In this document: positions 12,600 through 23,200 of the stretch, in pieces
How the letters are laid out: the number at the start of each line of letters is the position of its first letter
Numbering within the stretch: position 1 is the first letter of the stretch
From: Alphaproteobacteria bacterium
GTDB taxonomy: Bacteria; Pseudomonadota; Alphaproteobacteria; UBA2966
Reading direction: 5' to 3'
Length of the DNA: 64,000 nucleotides
NCBI GenBank assembly: GCA_964291395.2
Contig: OZ219856.1
Span: forward strand, 2,080,001 to 2,144,000
Notes under the pieces: generated by a model
Databases searched by the model: none
The model's input: the letters and a program-made list of their open reading frames with translations, nothing else
Told to the model about the DNA's origin: nothing
Position numbers and translations under genes: made by a program

Positions 12600-13832
12600 A
12601 TGAAAATCGCGATCTTCAATGAAAAGTATCATCCCAACGTTTCGGGAGGTGCCGAGAAATCCGTGAAGATATTGGCGGATGCACTGCGCGATCGTGGCAT
12701 CGCGCCGGAGGTGGTCACGCTTTCACCTGAAGCCAAAGCCCGCGTCGACAGTGTCGATGGCATACGCGTCCACTATTTGGCATTACAGAACTTCTTTTGG
12801 CCGTTCGATGGAAAACGGCGTTCTCGGTGGCGCATGTGGGCGTATCACGCGCGCGACGCCATGAATGTCACGATCGTGGTCAACGCGATGCGCGTGCTGG
12901 ACGACATGCGACCCGACCTCGTGCACACCAACAATCTGAGCGGACTCAGTATCCTGCTGTGGCAGGCGGTAAAGGCGCGGTCTCTACCCCTCGTTCACAC
13001 ACTGCGGGATTATTTCCTCATGTGCCCGTTTTCCGCCAGGTTTCGCGCCGGGCGCAACTGCGAAAAGCCGTGCCCCGAATGCGCTCCATTTGCCGTTCTA
13101 GGCCGGCGGTCGTCCCGACGCGTCGAAGCCGTCGTGGGCAATAGTCACGATATTCTCGACAGCCATCTGGCGGCTGGATACTTCAAGGCTACGCCGCTTC
13201 GGTCAGTCATTTACAATGCTTCCACCGTCCGCGCGGACACCGGCAAACCCGCACCATCACCTTCGGGCCGCCAGGAGGTGACATTCGCCTATCTCGGGCG
13301 CATCACGCCTGAAAAGGGCATCGAGCAGTTGCTGAACGCGACGCGCGTGCTGCCGGACAGCGGCTGGAGACTCTTGATCGCGGGTGACGGCGACGAAAGC
13401 TATGTCTCGGATTTGAGACGGCGGTTCGGGAGTCCGAGTATTATTTGGCTGGGTTGGGTTAACGCTGCCGACGTGTACCGGCAAACTGATTGGGTTCTCG
13501 TACCTTCCCTTTGGCGCGAACCACTGCCCCGCGTCATCCTCGAAGCGCATTCGTTGGGGATTCCCGTGATTGCTTCCAACAAGGGCGGCAACTCGGAGGT
13601 CGTATCGCACCGGAGGACAGGTCTTGTTTTCGACCCTGGGAATCCCGGCGCCTTGCCGAATCTGCTCACGGAAATTCTGTCGGGAATGCACTCATCGGAG
13701 AAGTTCCGCTCGGCATGCCTCGCGGCCAGCGGTGTCTACAAGCCGGAACGCCTCGCCGGCGACTATATCGCCGTCTACGAAAGGCTCGTCCGGTCTCGGC
13801 GGGACTCAATGGCTCCCGGAAGGACCGGTTGA
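12600..13832 (+). CDS. Glycosyltransferase family 4 protein
   Basis: GGAEKS, LGRITPEKG, PSLWREPLPRVILEA GT-B motif. Confidence 0.93.
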   Translation: MKIAIFNEKYHPNVSGGAEKSVKILADALRDRGIAPEVVTLSPEAKARVDSVDGIRVHYLALQNFFWPFDGKRRSRWRMWAYHARDAMNVTIVVNAMRVLDDMRPDLVHTNNLSGLSILLWQAVKARSLPLVHTLRDYFLMCPFSARFRAGRNCEKPCPECAPFAVLGRRSSRRVEAVVGNSHDILDSHLAAGYFKATPLRSVIYNASTVRADTGKPAPSPSGRQEVTFAYLGRITPEKGIEQLLNATRVLPDSGWRLLIAGDGDESYVSDLRRRFGSPSIIWLGWVNAADVYRQTDWVLVPSLWREPLPRVILEAHSLGIPVIASNKGGNSEVVSHRRTGLVFDPGNPGALPNLLTEILSGMHSSEKFRSACLAASGVYKPERLAGDYIAVYERLVRSRRDSMAPGRTG

Positions 13833-13924
13833 CACGCCGAACGGTTCCGTGACAGCGGGTCAACCATGTGCCCACGCGTCCGTTTTGCGCTAGATAGTTC
13901 GCCGTCACCCGAACAGGAACCTTC

Positions 13925-16414
13925 ATGACGTCACGTACCGCGCAAGTCTACGACGCCCTGGTGCTTCGCAATCCGAAATCGGTCCTGGCCCTGTTGCTCG
14001 CCGTCCTGATCTTCTTCGGTTACCACGCGCAGAACTTCAAGCTCGACGCATCGGCCGACTCCCTGCTGCTGGAAGACGACGCCGATCTCAACCTGTTCCG
14101 GAAGATCCACGAGCGGTACCCGAGTAAACCCCTGCTCATCGTGACCTATACCCCGGACGCGGACCTCTTCTCGGACCAGGCCCTGGAGCCGTTGAAGCAA
14201 CTTCGAGACGAACTGAAAAAGGTCGACGGCGTCGAGTCCGTATTCACGATCCTCGACGCGCCGCTGCTCATCAGCTCCGACGTCCCCATCCAGGAATTGA
14301 TCGAAGACATCCCGAGCCTCGAGGAGCCCGGCGTCGACCGCGCCAGAGCCCAGGAAGAATTGCGAACGAGCCCGGTTTATCGCAACCTCATCATAAGCCC
14401 CGACGGGAGGACCACCGCACTGCTGTTGGAACTCGCCGAGGGGCGAGACTACAACGACCTCTTCAAGTCCAGAAACGAGCTCCGCGCCAAGCGACGCAGC
14501 GCCGGCCTCTCGGACGAAGAGGCACGAACCCTGGAACGCGTCACCGCCGAGTATGACCGGGCGCACGAAGCGCTCAACGACCGGCGCCATCTCGATATCC
14601 AGCGCATCAGGGACATCGTCGCGCCGTACCGGCAGCATGGCGTTCTCCATCTCGGCGGCGTGCCGATGATCACCGACGACATGGTGACCTTCGTGCGCAA
14701 TGACCTGATCGTCTTTGGCGGCGGCGTCCTGGCGTTTCTCGTCATCGTGCTCACGGCCATATTCCGCGAAGTGCGCTGGATCGTGCTGCCGCTCCTCAGT
14801 TGTTTCTACGCGGGTCTGATCATGATCGGCGTGCTGGGACTGATCGGCTGGAAGGTCACCGTCATCTCGTCCAACTTCCTCGCCCTGATGCTGATCATCA
14901 CCATCTCGATGAACATCCATCTCATCGTGCGCTATCGGCAACTCAATCGGGATCGCCCGGAGGACGATCAGTTGGCGCTGGTCGGAACCACCGCGAGCAA
15001 GATGGTGAAACCCTGCCTCTACACCGCCCTCACGACCATCATGGGGTTCAGTTCCCTGGTGGTCAGCGGGATCAAGCCGGTCATCGACTTCGGGTGGATG
15101 ATGAGCGCCGGGTTGGCGGTGACGTTCGCGACCTCGTTTCTCCTGTTCCCGGCAGTGTTGATGGTGATGGGCAAGGCCCGCTCCAGGCCGGGGCCCGACC
15201 GCGACCGGTTCCTTTTCCCCGCCTATCTGGCACGCCTGACCGAAACCCGGGGTGCGGCGATCATGGTGCCGGCAGTGATTCTGACCGCCGTGAGTGCCGT
15301 CGGGATAACGCAGTTGCGCGTCGAAAACAGCTTCATCAACTATTTCAGCGACGATACCGAGATTTATCGAGGGCTGAAACTCATCGACGAGGAGCTTGGC
15401 GGGACCACGCCCCTGGAGGTCCTCGTCAGGTTCGAGCCCAATCCCGACGACCTCCTCACGCCCGAAGATCTCGAAGGGCTGACGGAAGAGGAGATCGAGA
15501 TGGAGATGGAGTACGCGCGGGAACGCGCTGCCTCTCCGCAGTACTGGTTCACAGTCGATAAGATCGACCGCATCAAGGAGATTCACGACTACCTCGACGG
15601 ACATCCCGATATCGGCAAGGTACTCAGCCTCGCGTCCACGGTGCGTATCGCCGAGTCCTCCATGGAAAAGGAACTCGACGGAATCGAGCTCGCCATCCTG
15701 TATACGAAGGTTCCGCCCCGGGTGAAGAAGAGCCTCATCGAGCCGTACGTCTCGGTGAGCGACGACGAGGCGCGGCTGCTCGCGCGCGTAGTGGATTCAA
15801 AGCCCGACCTGCGCCGCAAGGAACTGCTGGAAACGGTTCGCCACGACTTGGTGGACAAGCTGGGATACGAAGAGAAAGACGTGATCGTGAGCGGGCTCCT
15901 CGTGCTCTACAACAACATGCTGCAAAGCCTGTTCGCGTCCCAGATCAAGACCATCGGGGTCGTGATGCTGGGAATTGCGATCATGTTCCTCGTGCTGTTC
16001 CGGTCGGTCGTCCTGTCGGCTATCGGCATTCTGCCGAACATGCTCGGTGCCGTGACCGTCCTGGGCTTCATGGGGTTGGCCGGGATTCCCATGGACATGA
16101 TGACCATTACGATCGCCGCGATCACGATCGGCATCGCCGTCGACAACGGCATTCACTACATCTACCGCTTCAGAGAGGAGTACGCATTGAACGGCAGTTA
16201 CGTGGAGACGCTTCACATCTGCCACTCCAACATCGGCCAAGCGGTGTTCTACACGACCATGACCATCATCTTCGGATTCTCCATCCTGATGCTGTCCAAT
16301 TTCATTCCCACGATCTACTTTGGCGTGCTGACCGCGGCAGCGATGTTCATCGCCCTCCTCGCGGCGCTTACGGTCTTGCCGAGATTGATTCTGATGTGGA
16401 GACCCTTCGGCTGA
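13925..16414 (+). CDS. MMPL-family RND transporter
   Basis: Two TM clusters with large periplasmic loops; GIAVDNGIH motif. Confidence 0.9.
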   Translation: MTSRTAQVYDALVLRNPKSVLALLLAVLIFFGYHAQNFKLDASADSLLLEDDADLNLFRKIHERYPSKPLLIVTYTPDADLFSDQALEPLKQLRDELKKVDGVESVFTILDAPLLISSDVPIQELIEDIPSLEEPGVDRARAQEELRTSPVYRNLIISPDGRTTALLLELAEGRDYNDLFKSRNELRAKRRSAGLSDEEARTLERVTAEYDRAHEALNDRRHLDIQRIRDIVAPYRQHGVLHLGGVPMITDDMVTFVRNDLIVFGGGVLAFLVIVLTAIFREVRWIVLPLLSCFYAGLIMIGVLGLIGWKVTVISSNFLALMLIITISMNIHLIVRYRQLNRDRPEDDQLALVGTTASKMVKPCLYTALTTIMGFSSLVVSGIKPVIDFGWMMSAGLAVTFATSFLLFPAVLMVMGKARSRPGPDRDRFLFPAYLARLTETRGAAIMVPAVILTAVSAVGITQLRVENSFINYFSDDTEIYRGLKLIDEELGGTTPLEVLVRFEPNPDDLLTPEDLEGLTEEEIEMEMEYARERAASPQYWFTVDKIDRIKEIHDYLDGHPDIGKVLSLASTVRIAESSMEKELDGIELAILYTKVPPRVKKSLIEPYVSVSDDEARLLARVVDSKPDLRRKELLETVRHDLVDKLGYEEKDVIVSGLLVLYNNMLQSLFASQIKTIGVVMLGIAIMFLVLFRSVVLSAIGILPNMLGAVTVLGFMGLAGIPMDMMTITIAAITIGIAVDNGIHYIYRFREEYALNGSYVETLHICHSNIGQAVFYTTMTIIFGFSILMLSNFIPTIYFGVLTAAAMFIALLAALTVLPRLILMWRPFG

Positions 16415-16436
16415 GAACCGCTCCAGCAAACTCTGC

Positions 16437-17369
16437 TCACCCCTGCTCCCCGAAGGCCTCGAGAATCTCGGCGCCCGTCGCCACCCACACGCCGTCCGTA
16501 TCGTTCAGCCACGCCAGCATGTCCTCGAAATAGCCGATGCGGTGAGGATGGCCGCTGATCCAGGCATGGAACGCGAGGGCCATGACGCGGCCCCCCTGTC
16601 GAGCGGCCTCACGCCCCAGGACCGCGCAGGCATCCCGGATCTGCCGGTAGAATTTTGCCTCCGCGTGCCGCAGATCGAGGAGAACCAGCCGGTCGCTGAG
16701 TTCGTAGGCGTACGGCATGGCGAAGAGCGGACCGGACTTCGTCCGAACCTCGTAGGGAAGATCATCATTGACCCAGTCACAGACATAGTCGATCCCCTCC
16801 CCCGCCAAGAGATCGAGTGTGTTCATGGATTGGGACAGGTCAGGCGACAGCCACCCGGTTACGGCCTGGCCCGTCGCTTCGCGGAGTGTCTCAAGGGTTC
16901 GGCGTACCCACGACCGCTCGACGGATCGCGGCAGCCCTCCCTCGTGGATATGTTCCATATCGATTCCGTGGGCAATGACTTCGTGGCCACCATTCACGAC
17001 CGCTCGAACCAATTCCGGGTAGCGCACGGCGACCGCCGCGTTCATGGCGACCGACGCCCGGGTTCGCCCGGCCTCCAGCGCCCGCAGAATTCGATAGATT
17101 CCGACCCGGTTCCCATACTCCAGATGCGTATAGGTCCGATAGTCGGGGTAGGGACGGACACCGATGTATTGGTCGCTCGGCGGCCGGAACGGCGTGTTCC
17201 GCGACGTCAGGGGAAACCACTCGACGACGATCACCGGCCATACGGCGAGCGGCGCGCCTTCGGGCCATGTGACGGGGGGACGATGGGGAAGGATCGACCA
17301 GTCGTACAGATCGTGGTCCATCCCCCGCTTCCGGTGGGGATATTCGAGGTTGTGACGCGGCCGCCTCAT
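16437..17369 (-). CDS. Polysaccharide deacetylase (CE4, PuuE-like) family protein
   Basis: WPEGAPLAV, EYGNRVG, HEVIAHG, HAWISGHPHRI. Confidence 0.88.
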   Translation of the reverse strand: MRRPRHNLEYPHRKRGMDHDLYDWSILPHRPPVTWPEGAPLAVWPVIVVEWFPLTSRNTPFRPPSDQYIGVRPYPDYRTYTHLEYGNRVGIYRILRALEAGRTRASVAMNAAVAVRYPELVRAVVNGGHEVIAHGIDMEHIHEGGLPRSVERSWVRRTLETLREATGQAVTGWLSPDLSQSMNTLDLLAGEGIDYVCDWVNDDLPYEVRTKSGPLFAMPYAYELSDRLVLLDLRHAEAKFYRQIRDACAVLGREAARQGGRVMALAFHAWISGHPHRIGYFEDMLAWLNDTDGVWVATGAEILEAFGEQG

Positions 17370-18307
17370 GAGGCGCCACCAGCCACGGCCGCCTCCCGAT
17401 CAGCGATCGCCGCCACGAACTCGTCGTAGTGATGGGTGTCGAACCAGGCCGCGATCTCGCGCCCCGTGGTCATCCAGACGTCGTCATGCCCCGTTATATG
17501 GTCCAGCGCCTCGGCGAAGGCGTCGATTCGATGGGGCTGACCGACGGCGAAAGGGTGGAGCGGAATGCACATGACGGTGCCGGAATACGCCCCTTCCTCG
17601 TAAAGGCGGTCGAACTGCCGCTTCAGCAGGTTGCACCAGTCGCGGGGACTCCCCAAGGTGGTGAAATACCAGACCAACAAGTCGTTCCCCTCCACCGAAT
17701 ACGGAACGCTGGTCAGCCTGCCCTTGCGGGTGTTCACGGGAAACGGCTGATCGTCGTGGAACAGGTCCACGGTATACGCAAAGCCGTATTCGGCGATGAG
17801 CTCGATCGTTCTCGGGGTATTGGCCATCCCGGGCGCGAGCCAGCCGACGATGCGCTGTCCCGCGACGGCCTCCACGGTTTCGATGGCATCCTCGAGCATC
17901 CTCCGTTCCTGGGCCTCATCCATCCCGTGAGGGAATCGCGAGTTGTAGATTCCGTGACCGAAGAGCTCCCAGCCGCGCGCGACGCACGCTTCGATGATTT
18001 CGGGGTGGTGGATACAGAGCGCCGTGTTGAGGGAAACGCTGCCGCGTACGCCGCGGGCGTCCATCGCCTCGATCATGCGCCAGACTCCCACGCGATTGCC
18101 GTAGTCCACCGTGGAATACTTGAGGGTGTCGGGAAGCGGCCGGCCGTAGGGAGATCGATGACGATTGTAGGGCGGCAGCAGCTCGAACACTTCGATATTG
18201 GGCACCACCCAGAAGGCGACACGGGCCCCTCCGGGCCACCGGATCCTGGGGCGTTCAAAATAAGGCAGGTAGCCGAATAACCGGGGATCTTTCTTGCGGT
18301 TGGGCAT
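17366..18307 (-). CDS. Polysaccharide deacetylase (CE4, PuuE-like) family protein
   Basis: WPGGARVAFWVVPNIE, DYGNRVG, HPFAVGQPHRI; start uncertain (18307 or 18370). Confidence 0.88.
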   Translation of the reverse strand: MPNRKKDPRLFGYLPYFERPRIRWPGGARVAFWVVPNIEVFELLPPYNRHRSPYGRPLPDTLKYSTVDYGNRVGVWRMIEAMDARGVRGSVSLNTALCIHHPEIIEACVARGWELFGHGIYNSRFPHGMDEAQERRMLEDAIETVEAVAGQRIVGWLAPGMANTPRTIELIAEYGFAYTVDLFHDDQPFPVNTRKGRLTSVPYSVEGNDLLVWYFTTLGSPRDWCNLLKRQFDRLYEEGAYSGTVMCIPLHPFAVGQPHRIDAFAEALDHITGHDDVWMTTGREIAAWFDTHHYDEFVAAIADREAAVAGGAS

Positions 18308-18390
18308 CTTGGACCGTTCCGGGAGGTACCGCCGCTCTCCACCGGACCCGATCCTAACAAAGTTCGTCATCCGGCGGTTCGCACAAAAGC

Positions 18391-18420
18391 GAGACTAGGC
18401 GAGACTAGCCGAGACTAGGC
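18391..18420. repeat. Three tandem copies of 10-bp GAGACTAG(G/C)C
   Basis: gagactaggc gagactagcc gagactaggc read directly. Confidence 0.9.
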
Positions 18421-18490
18421 GAACAAAGCACCTGCGGGGTCCGGCCTCTTCAAGCCTCTCGAAATCGGGCGCGGCGCGCTCCTTGAATTA

Positions 18491-18509
18491 ATATATCGGA
18501 ACGCTATAT
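18491..18509. promoter_or_regulatory. Putative PadR autoregulatory operator
   Basis: AT-rich imperfect inverted repeat ATATATCG-gaa-CGCTATAT 30 bp upstream of the padR start. Confidence 0.5.
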
Positions 18510-18539
18510 ATCGAAGTTGAAGACTTTTCGGGGACCGCC

Positions 18540-19076
18540 ATGGATATCAGGACTCTCTGTCTCGGAATCCTGACATTCGGAGATGCAACGGGCTACGACG
18601 TCAAGAAGCGTCTCGAGGGCCCGCTGCGCCATTACTACGACGCATCGTTCGGATCCATCTATCCGGCCTTGGCGGGTCTGAAGCGTGACGGGCTGGTGGA
18701 GCGGGTCGAGGAACCGCAGGAGAAACGCCCCCACAAGAAGGTCTACAGCATCACGCAAGCGGGCCGTCTGGCGCTGGTGGAGGCGTTGCTCGAGGATCCC
18801 AGGCCGGACCGCTACCGCTCGGATTTCATGGTGACCGTCCTCTTCGCGGACCTGCTGCCCCCGGGACACCTCGATGCACTGCTCGAAGACCGCATCCGGC
18901 TCTATCGGTCTTTCGTCGACAAGATCGAATCGAGACAAGGCGGCCGGTCGCCGGGCCAGGAGTTCGTCAACGGACTGGGCCACGCCATCTACAGCGCAGC
19001 CCTGGCCTATCTCGAGGAACGCCGGCCGTGGCTCGTGGCGCAGTCACTCAAGGCACAGGGCGAGGCGGCGGAATGA
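18540..19076 (+). CDS. PadR (AphA-like) transcriptional regulator
   Basis: ATGYDVKK, ASFGSIYPAL, KKVYSITQAG. Confidence 0.93.
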   Translation: MDIRTLCLGILTFGDATGYDVKKRLEGPLRHYYDASFGSIYPALAGLKRDGLVERVEEPQEKRPHKKVYSITQAGRLALVEALLEDPRPDRYRSDFMVTVLFADLLPPGHLDALLEDRIRLYRSFVDKIESRQGGRSPGQEFVNGLGHAIYSAALAYLEERRPWLVAQSLKAQGEAAE

Positions 19077-19122
19077 CGCGCCCGCCCGGATCAACGCAAC
19101 CTGGAGCGGGGGAGTCCGTGCG

Positions 19123-20223
19123 ATGAGGCGATCCTACATTCTGGCGGCCGTGTTCGCCCTCGCCGTGGTCGGCTGGCTGGCATCCGGCCAGTTCGGCGCC
19201 GACAGCGAGCCCGAAGACCCGGGCACGGCCGCGGCAGCGGCGGAGAACGGGTCCGCCAACGGTACGGATGAGCCGGTCAGCGTGCGCGTCAGCCGGCGCG
19301 TCGCCCAGATCCAGTCCCGGGATCTCATCCTGCGGGGCCGGACCGAGGCCAATCGCTGGGTCGACATCAAGGCGGAAACCAGGGGACGGGTCACCGAGGT
19401 CATCGCCAAGGAGGGCGCGCGGGTGGCCCGCGGGGACGTGATCGTCAAACTGGCCATGGAGGGCCGCGTGGAGAAGCTGGCGGAAGCGGAGGCACGCGTC
19501 CGTCAGCGGCAAATCGAGTTCGACGCCGCCAGGTCGCTCCGCCAAAAAGGCTTTCGCGCGAAAACCAAGCTCGCCGAGGCGGTTGCCGAACTCGATGCGG
19601 CGATCGCACATGCCGCGCAGATCTCGGTCGACATCGACCACACGGAAATCAGCGCCCCCTTCGCCGGCGTGATCGAAACCCGCAACGTGGAACTGGGCGA
19701 TTTCGTCGAACCGGGGGACATCATCGCGCGAGTCGTGGATGAAGACCCCTATCTCGTCGTCGGGCACGTCTCCGAACTGGACGTCGGCCTGATCCAGACG
19801 GGCGATGCGGGCGCCGCCCGACTGGCCGGCGGCGAGACCGTGAAGGGCGAGATCCGCTATGTGGCCAGAGTCGCCGACGCCGTGACTCGCACCTTTCGCA
19901 TGGAGCTCGAGGTCCCCAACCGGGCCAGGACGGTGCGCGGCGGCGTCACCGCGGAGATCCGCATTCCCGTGGAGTCCGTGCAAGCCCATTTCCTGTCGCC
20001 TGCACTGCTCACCCTGGACGACGAGGGTGTGCTCGGCGTGCGGACCGTCAACGGCGACGCCGTCGTCGAGTTCAAGCCGGTCAGCGTCTTCGCCACCAAA
20101 CCCGACGGTGTCTGGGTCACCGGACTTCCACCGACCGTGACCATCATCACCGTGGGCCAGGAATTCGTGCGCCATGGAGAAGCGGTGCGGCCCGTTCCCG
20201 AGCAGGCCGGTCAAGCGTCATGA
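19123..20223 (+). CDS. RND efflux periplasmic adaptor subunit
   Basis: N-terminal anchor, lipoyl/hairpin pattern (ISAPFAGVI), TRTFRMEL. Confidence 0.93.
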   Translation: MRRSYILAAVFALAVVGWLASGQFGADSEPEDPGTAAAAAENGSANGTDEPVSVRVSRRVAQIQSRDLILRGRTEANRWVDIKAETRGRVTEVIAKEGARVARGDVIVKLAMEGRVEKLAEAEARVRQRQIEFDAARSLRQKGFRAKTKLAEAVAELDAAIAHAAQISVDIDHTEISAPFAGVIETRNVELGDFVEPGDIIARVVDEDPYLVVGHVSELDVGLIQTGDAGAARLAGGETVKGEIRYVARVADAVTRTFRMELEVPNRARTVRGGVTAEIRIPVESVQAHFLSPALLTLDDEGVLGVRTVNGDAVVEFKPVSVFATKPDGVWVTGLPPTVTIITVGQEFVRHGEAVRPVPEQAGQAS

Positions 20224-23200
20224 CGGGACTCATCGACGCGGCCCTGGGTCACTCGCGCACGGTACTTCTGGCGCTCGTATTGATCCTGATCACCGGGACC
20301 ATCGCGTACATCACCATTCCCAAGGAATCGAACCCCGACGTCAACATCCCCATCATCTACGTCTCGATGACCCACGAGGGCATCTCCCCGGAGGACGCGG
20401 AGCGGCTCCTGGTACGGCCCATGGAGAAGGAGTTGCAATCCATCGAGGGCGTCAAGGAGATGCGCTCCAACGCCAGCGAAGGTCACGCCTCGGTGCTGCT
20501 CGAGTTCGAAGCCGGGTTCGACGCCGACGCCGCCCTTCAAGACGTCCGGGAAAGCGTGGATGTCGCCAAGGGCGAATTGCCCGAGGATACGGACGAACCC
20601 GTCGTGAACGAAGTCAACGCCGGCCTGTTCCCCGTGCTCGTCGTCGCGTTGTCCGGAGACGTTCCCGAACGCACGCTGCTGAAGCTCGCCCGCCATCTCC
20701 GCGATGAATTGGAGGGGCTTCCCGGCGTCCTGGAGGCCGACATCGCCGGCGACCGCGACGAGGTCCTGGAGATCGTCGTCGACCCGCTGCGTCTCGAGAA
20801 CTACAACGTCCGCTACGAACAGCTGCTGGAAAACGTTGCGCGAAACAATCAACTGATCGCGGCCGGCGCGCTCGATACGGGACACGGCAAATTCGCCGTC
20901 AAGGTGCCCGGTCTCTTCAAGACATTGGACGACGTCCTGTCCCTGCCCGTCAAAGTCGATGGAGATGCCGTCGTCACCGTGGCGGACATCACCACGGTGA
21001 GACGGGCCTTCAAGGACGCCACGGCCTTCGCGCGCTTCGACGGCAAGCCCGCGATCGCACTGGAGATCAAGAAGCGGCTCGGCGAGAACGTCATCGACAC
21101 CATCGAGGACGTGCGCCGGGTGACGGAGGCGGAAGCCGACGAATGGGCCGAGGCGGTGAACGTCTCCTTCATCCAGGACCAGTCCGTACAGATCCGCAAT
21201 ATGCTCACGGACCTTCAGAACAACGTCGTCGCCGCCGTGATTCTGGTGATGATCGTGGTCATCGGCGCCCTCGGTATCCGTACCGCAGGCCTCGTGGGTC
21301 TGGCCATCCCGGGGTCCTTCCTGACCGGAATTCTGGTCATTTCCGCGCTCGGTCTGACCATGAACATCGTGGTGCTGTTCAGCCTGATTCTCGCCGTCGG
21401 CATGCTCGTCGACAGCGCCATCGTCGTGACCGAATATGCAGACCGCTGCATGGCGGCGGGTATTCACCGTCGCGCAGCCTATGCGCAGGCGGCAAAACGC
21501 ATGGCATGGCCGATTACCGCGTCGACGGCGACCACGCTCGCCGCCTTCATGCCACTGCTGTTCTGGCCCGGCGTGGTGGGAGAGTTCATGAAATTTCTGC
21601 CCACCACCTTGATCGCGACGCTCACGGCGTCGCTCGTCATGGCTCTGATTTTCGTGCCGACGGTGGGCAGCTACGTGGGGCGCGCCGGGAGCACGAGTCC
21701 GGAAGTTCTGGCGGCGCTGGCGGCCGGCGAGCACGGAGACCTCGATGCCATCAAGGGCGCGACGGGACGGTACGTCCGCATGCTCTCCGCCGTCGTCCGC
21801 CATCCCTTCAAGGTTCTCGTCGTCGCCGTGGCGCTGCTGATCGGTGTGCAGACGTACTACGCATTGCACGGGAACGGCGTCGAATTCTTTCCGGACGTCG
21901 AGCCCGAGTTCGGCCAGATCCTGGTTCATGCCCGTGGAAACCTGTCGGTCGACGAGATGGACCGGTTGGTGCGGGAGGTGGAGCACGAGGTGCTTCAGGT
22001 TCCCGGCCTCGAGACGGTCTACACGCGAGTCGGCACTCGAGACGGCGGCGGCCAAGAGCTGTCCGAAGACGTGGTCGGAGTCATTCAAGTCGAATTCAAG
22101 GACTGGACTCTTCGCCGCCCCGCCAACGAGATCTTCGCGGAAATCCAGCGCAGAACCGACCATCTCGCGGGCGTGTTCGTGGAAGCGACGGAACCTGACG
22201 CCGGGCCGCCCACGGGCAAGCCGGTCCAGGTGCATCTGTCTTCGAGACATCCGGAGGCCATCGAGCCGGTCCTGAAACGGATCCTGGCGAAGATCCGCAC
22301 GATCGAGGGTCTGATCGACATCGAAGACACGCGATCCACGCCGGGCATCGAATGGCAGATTTCAGTCGACCGGGAACAGGCAGGCCGCTTCGGTGCCAAC
22401 GTCGTACACGTAGGCAATGTGGTCAAGCTCGTGACCAACGGCCTCAAAGTCGGTGACTACCGGCCCGACGACGCGGACGAAGAGGTCGACATCCGGGTGC
22501 GTTATCCAACGGACGAACGAACTCTCAACCAACTGGACACGCTGCGCGTCACGACCGAGGCAGGCTTGATCCCGATCAGCAATTTCGTCGACCGGACGCC
22601 GCAAGAAAAGGTGGGGACCGTTCACCGGACCGACGGCCGGCGGGTCCTCGCCATCAAGGCCGATGTCGCCGAAGGTGTCCTGGCCGACGACAAGGTCAGC
22701 GAGATCCGCGCCTGGCTCGACACCCAGGAATTCGATCCCCGCGTCGAGATCGAATTCAAAGGCGAGGACGAAGAGCAGAAGAAAGCCGAGGCATTCCTGT
22801 TGAAGGCTTTCGGGATAGCGCTCTTCATCATGGCGATCATCCTGGTCACGCAGTTCAACAGCTTCTATCACGCGTTCCTCATCCTCTCCGCCGTCATCAT
22901 GTCGACGATCGGCGTCATGATCGGGCTCATCATCACCGGTCAAGCCTTTGGGATCGTCATGACGGGCGTGGGCGTGATCACGCTGGCGGGCGTGGTCGTC
23001 AACAACAACATCGTTCTGATCGACACCTACGACCGGCTGCGAGAGGCTGGTATCCCGGCGCTGGAAGCGGTCGTGAGAACGGGCGCACAACGCCTCCGCC
23101 CGGTAATTCTTACGGCCGTGACGACCGTGCTCGGCCTCATGCCCATGGTCCTGGGGCTCAACATCAACCTGTTTACTCGAGACATCACCGTCGGCGGGGG

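Noticed and set aside
13931-15604. 557-aa antisense ORF opposite the MMPL gene
   Set aside because: Shadow frame caused by high-GC codon bias; no motifs
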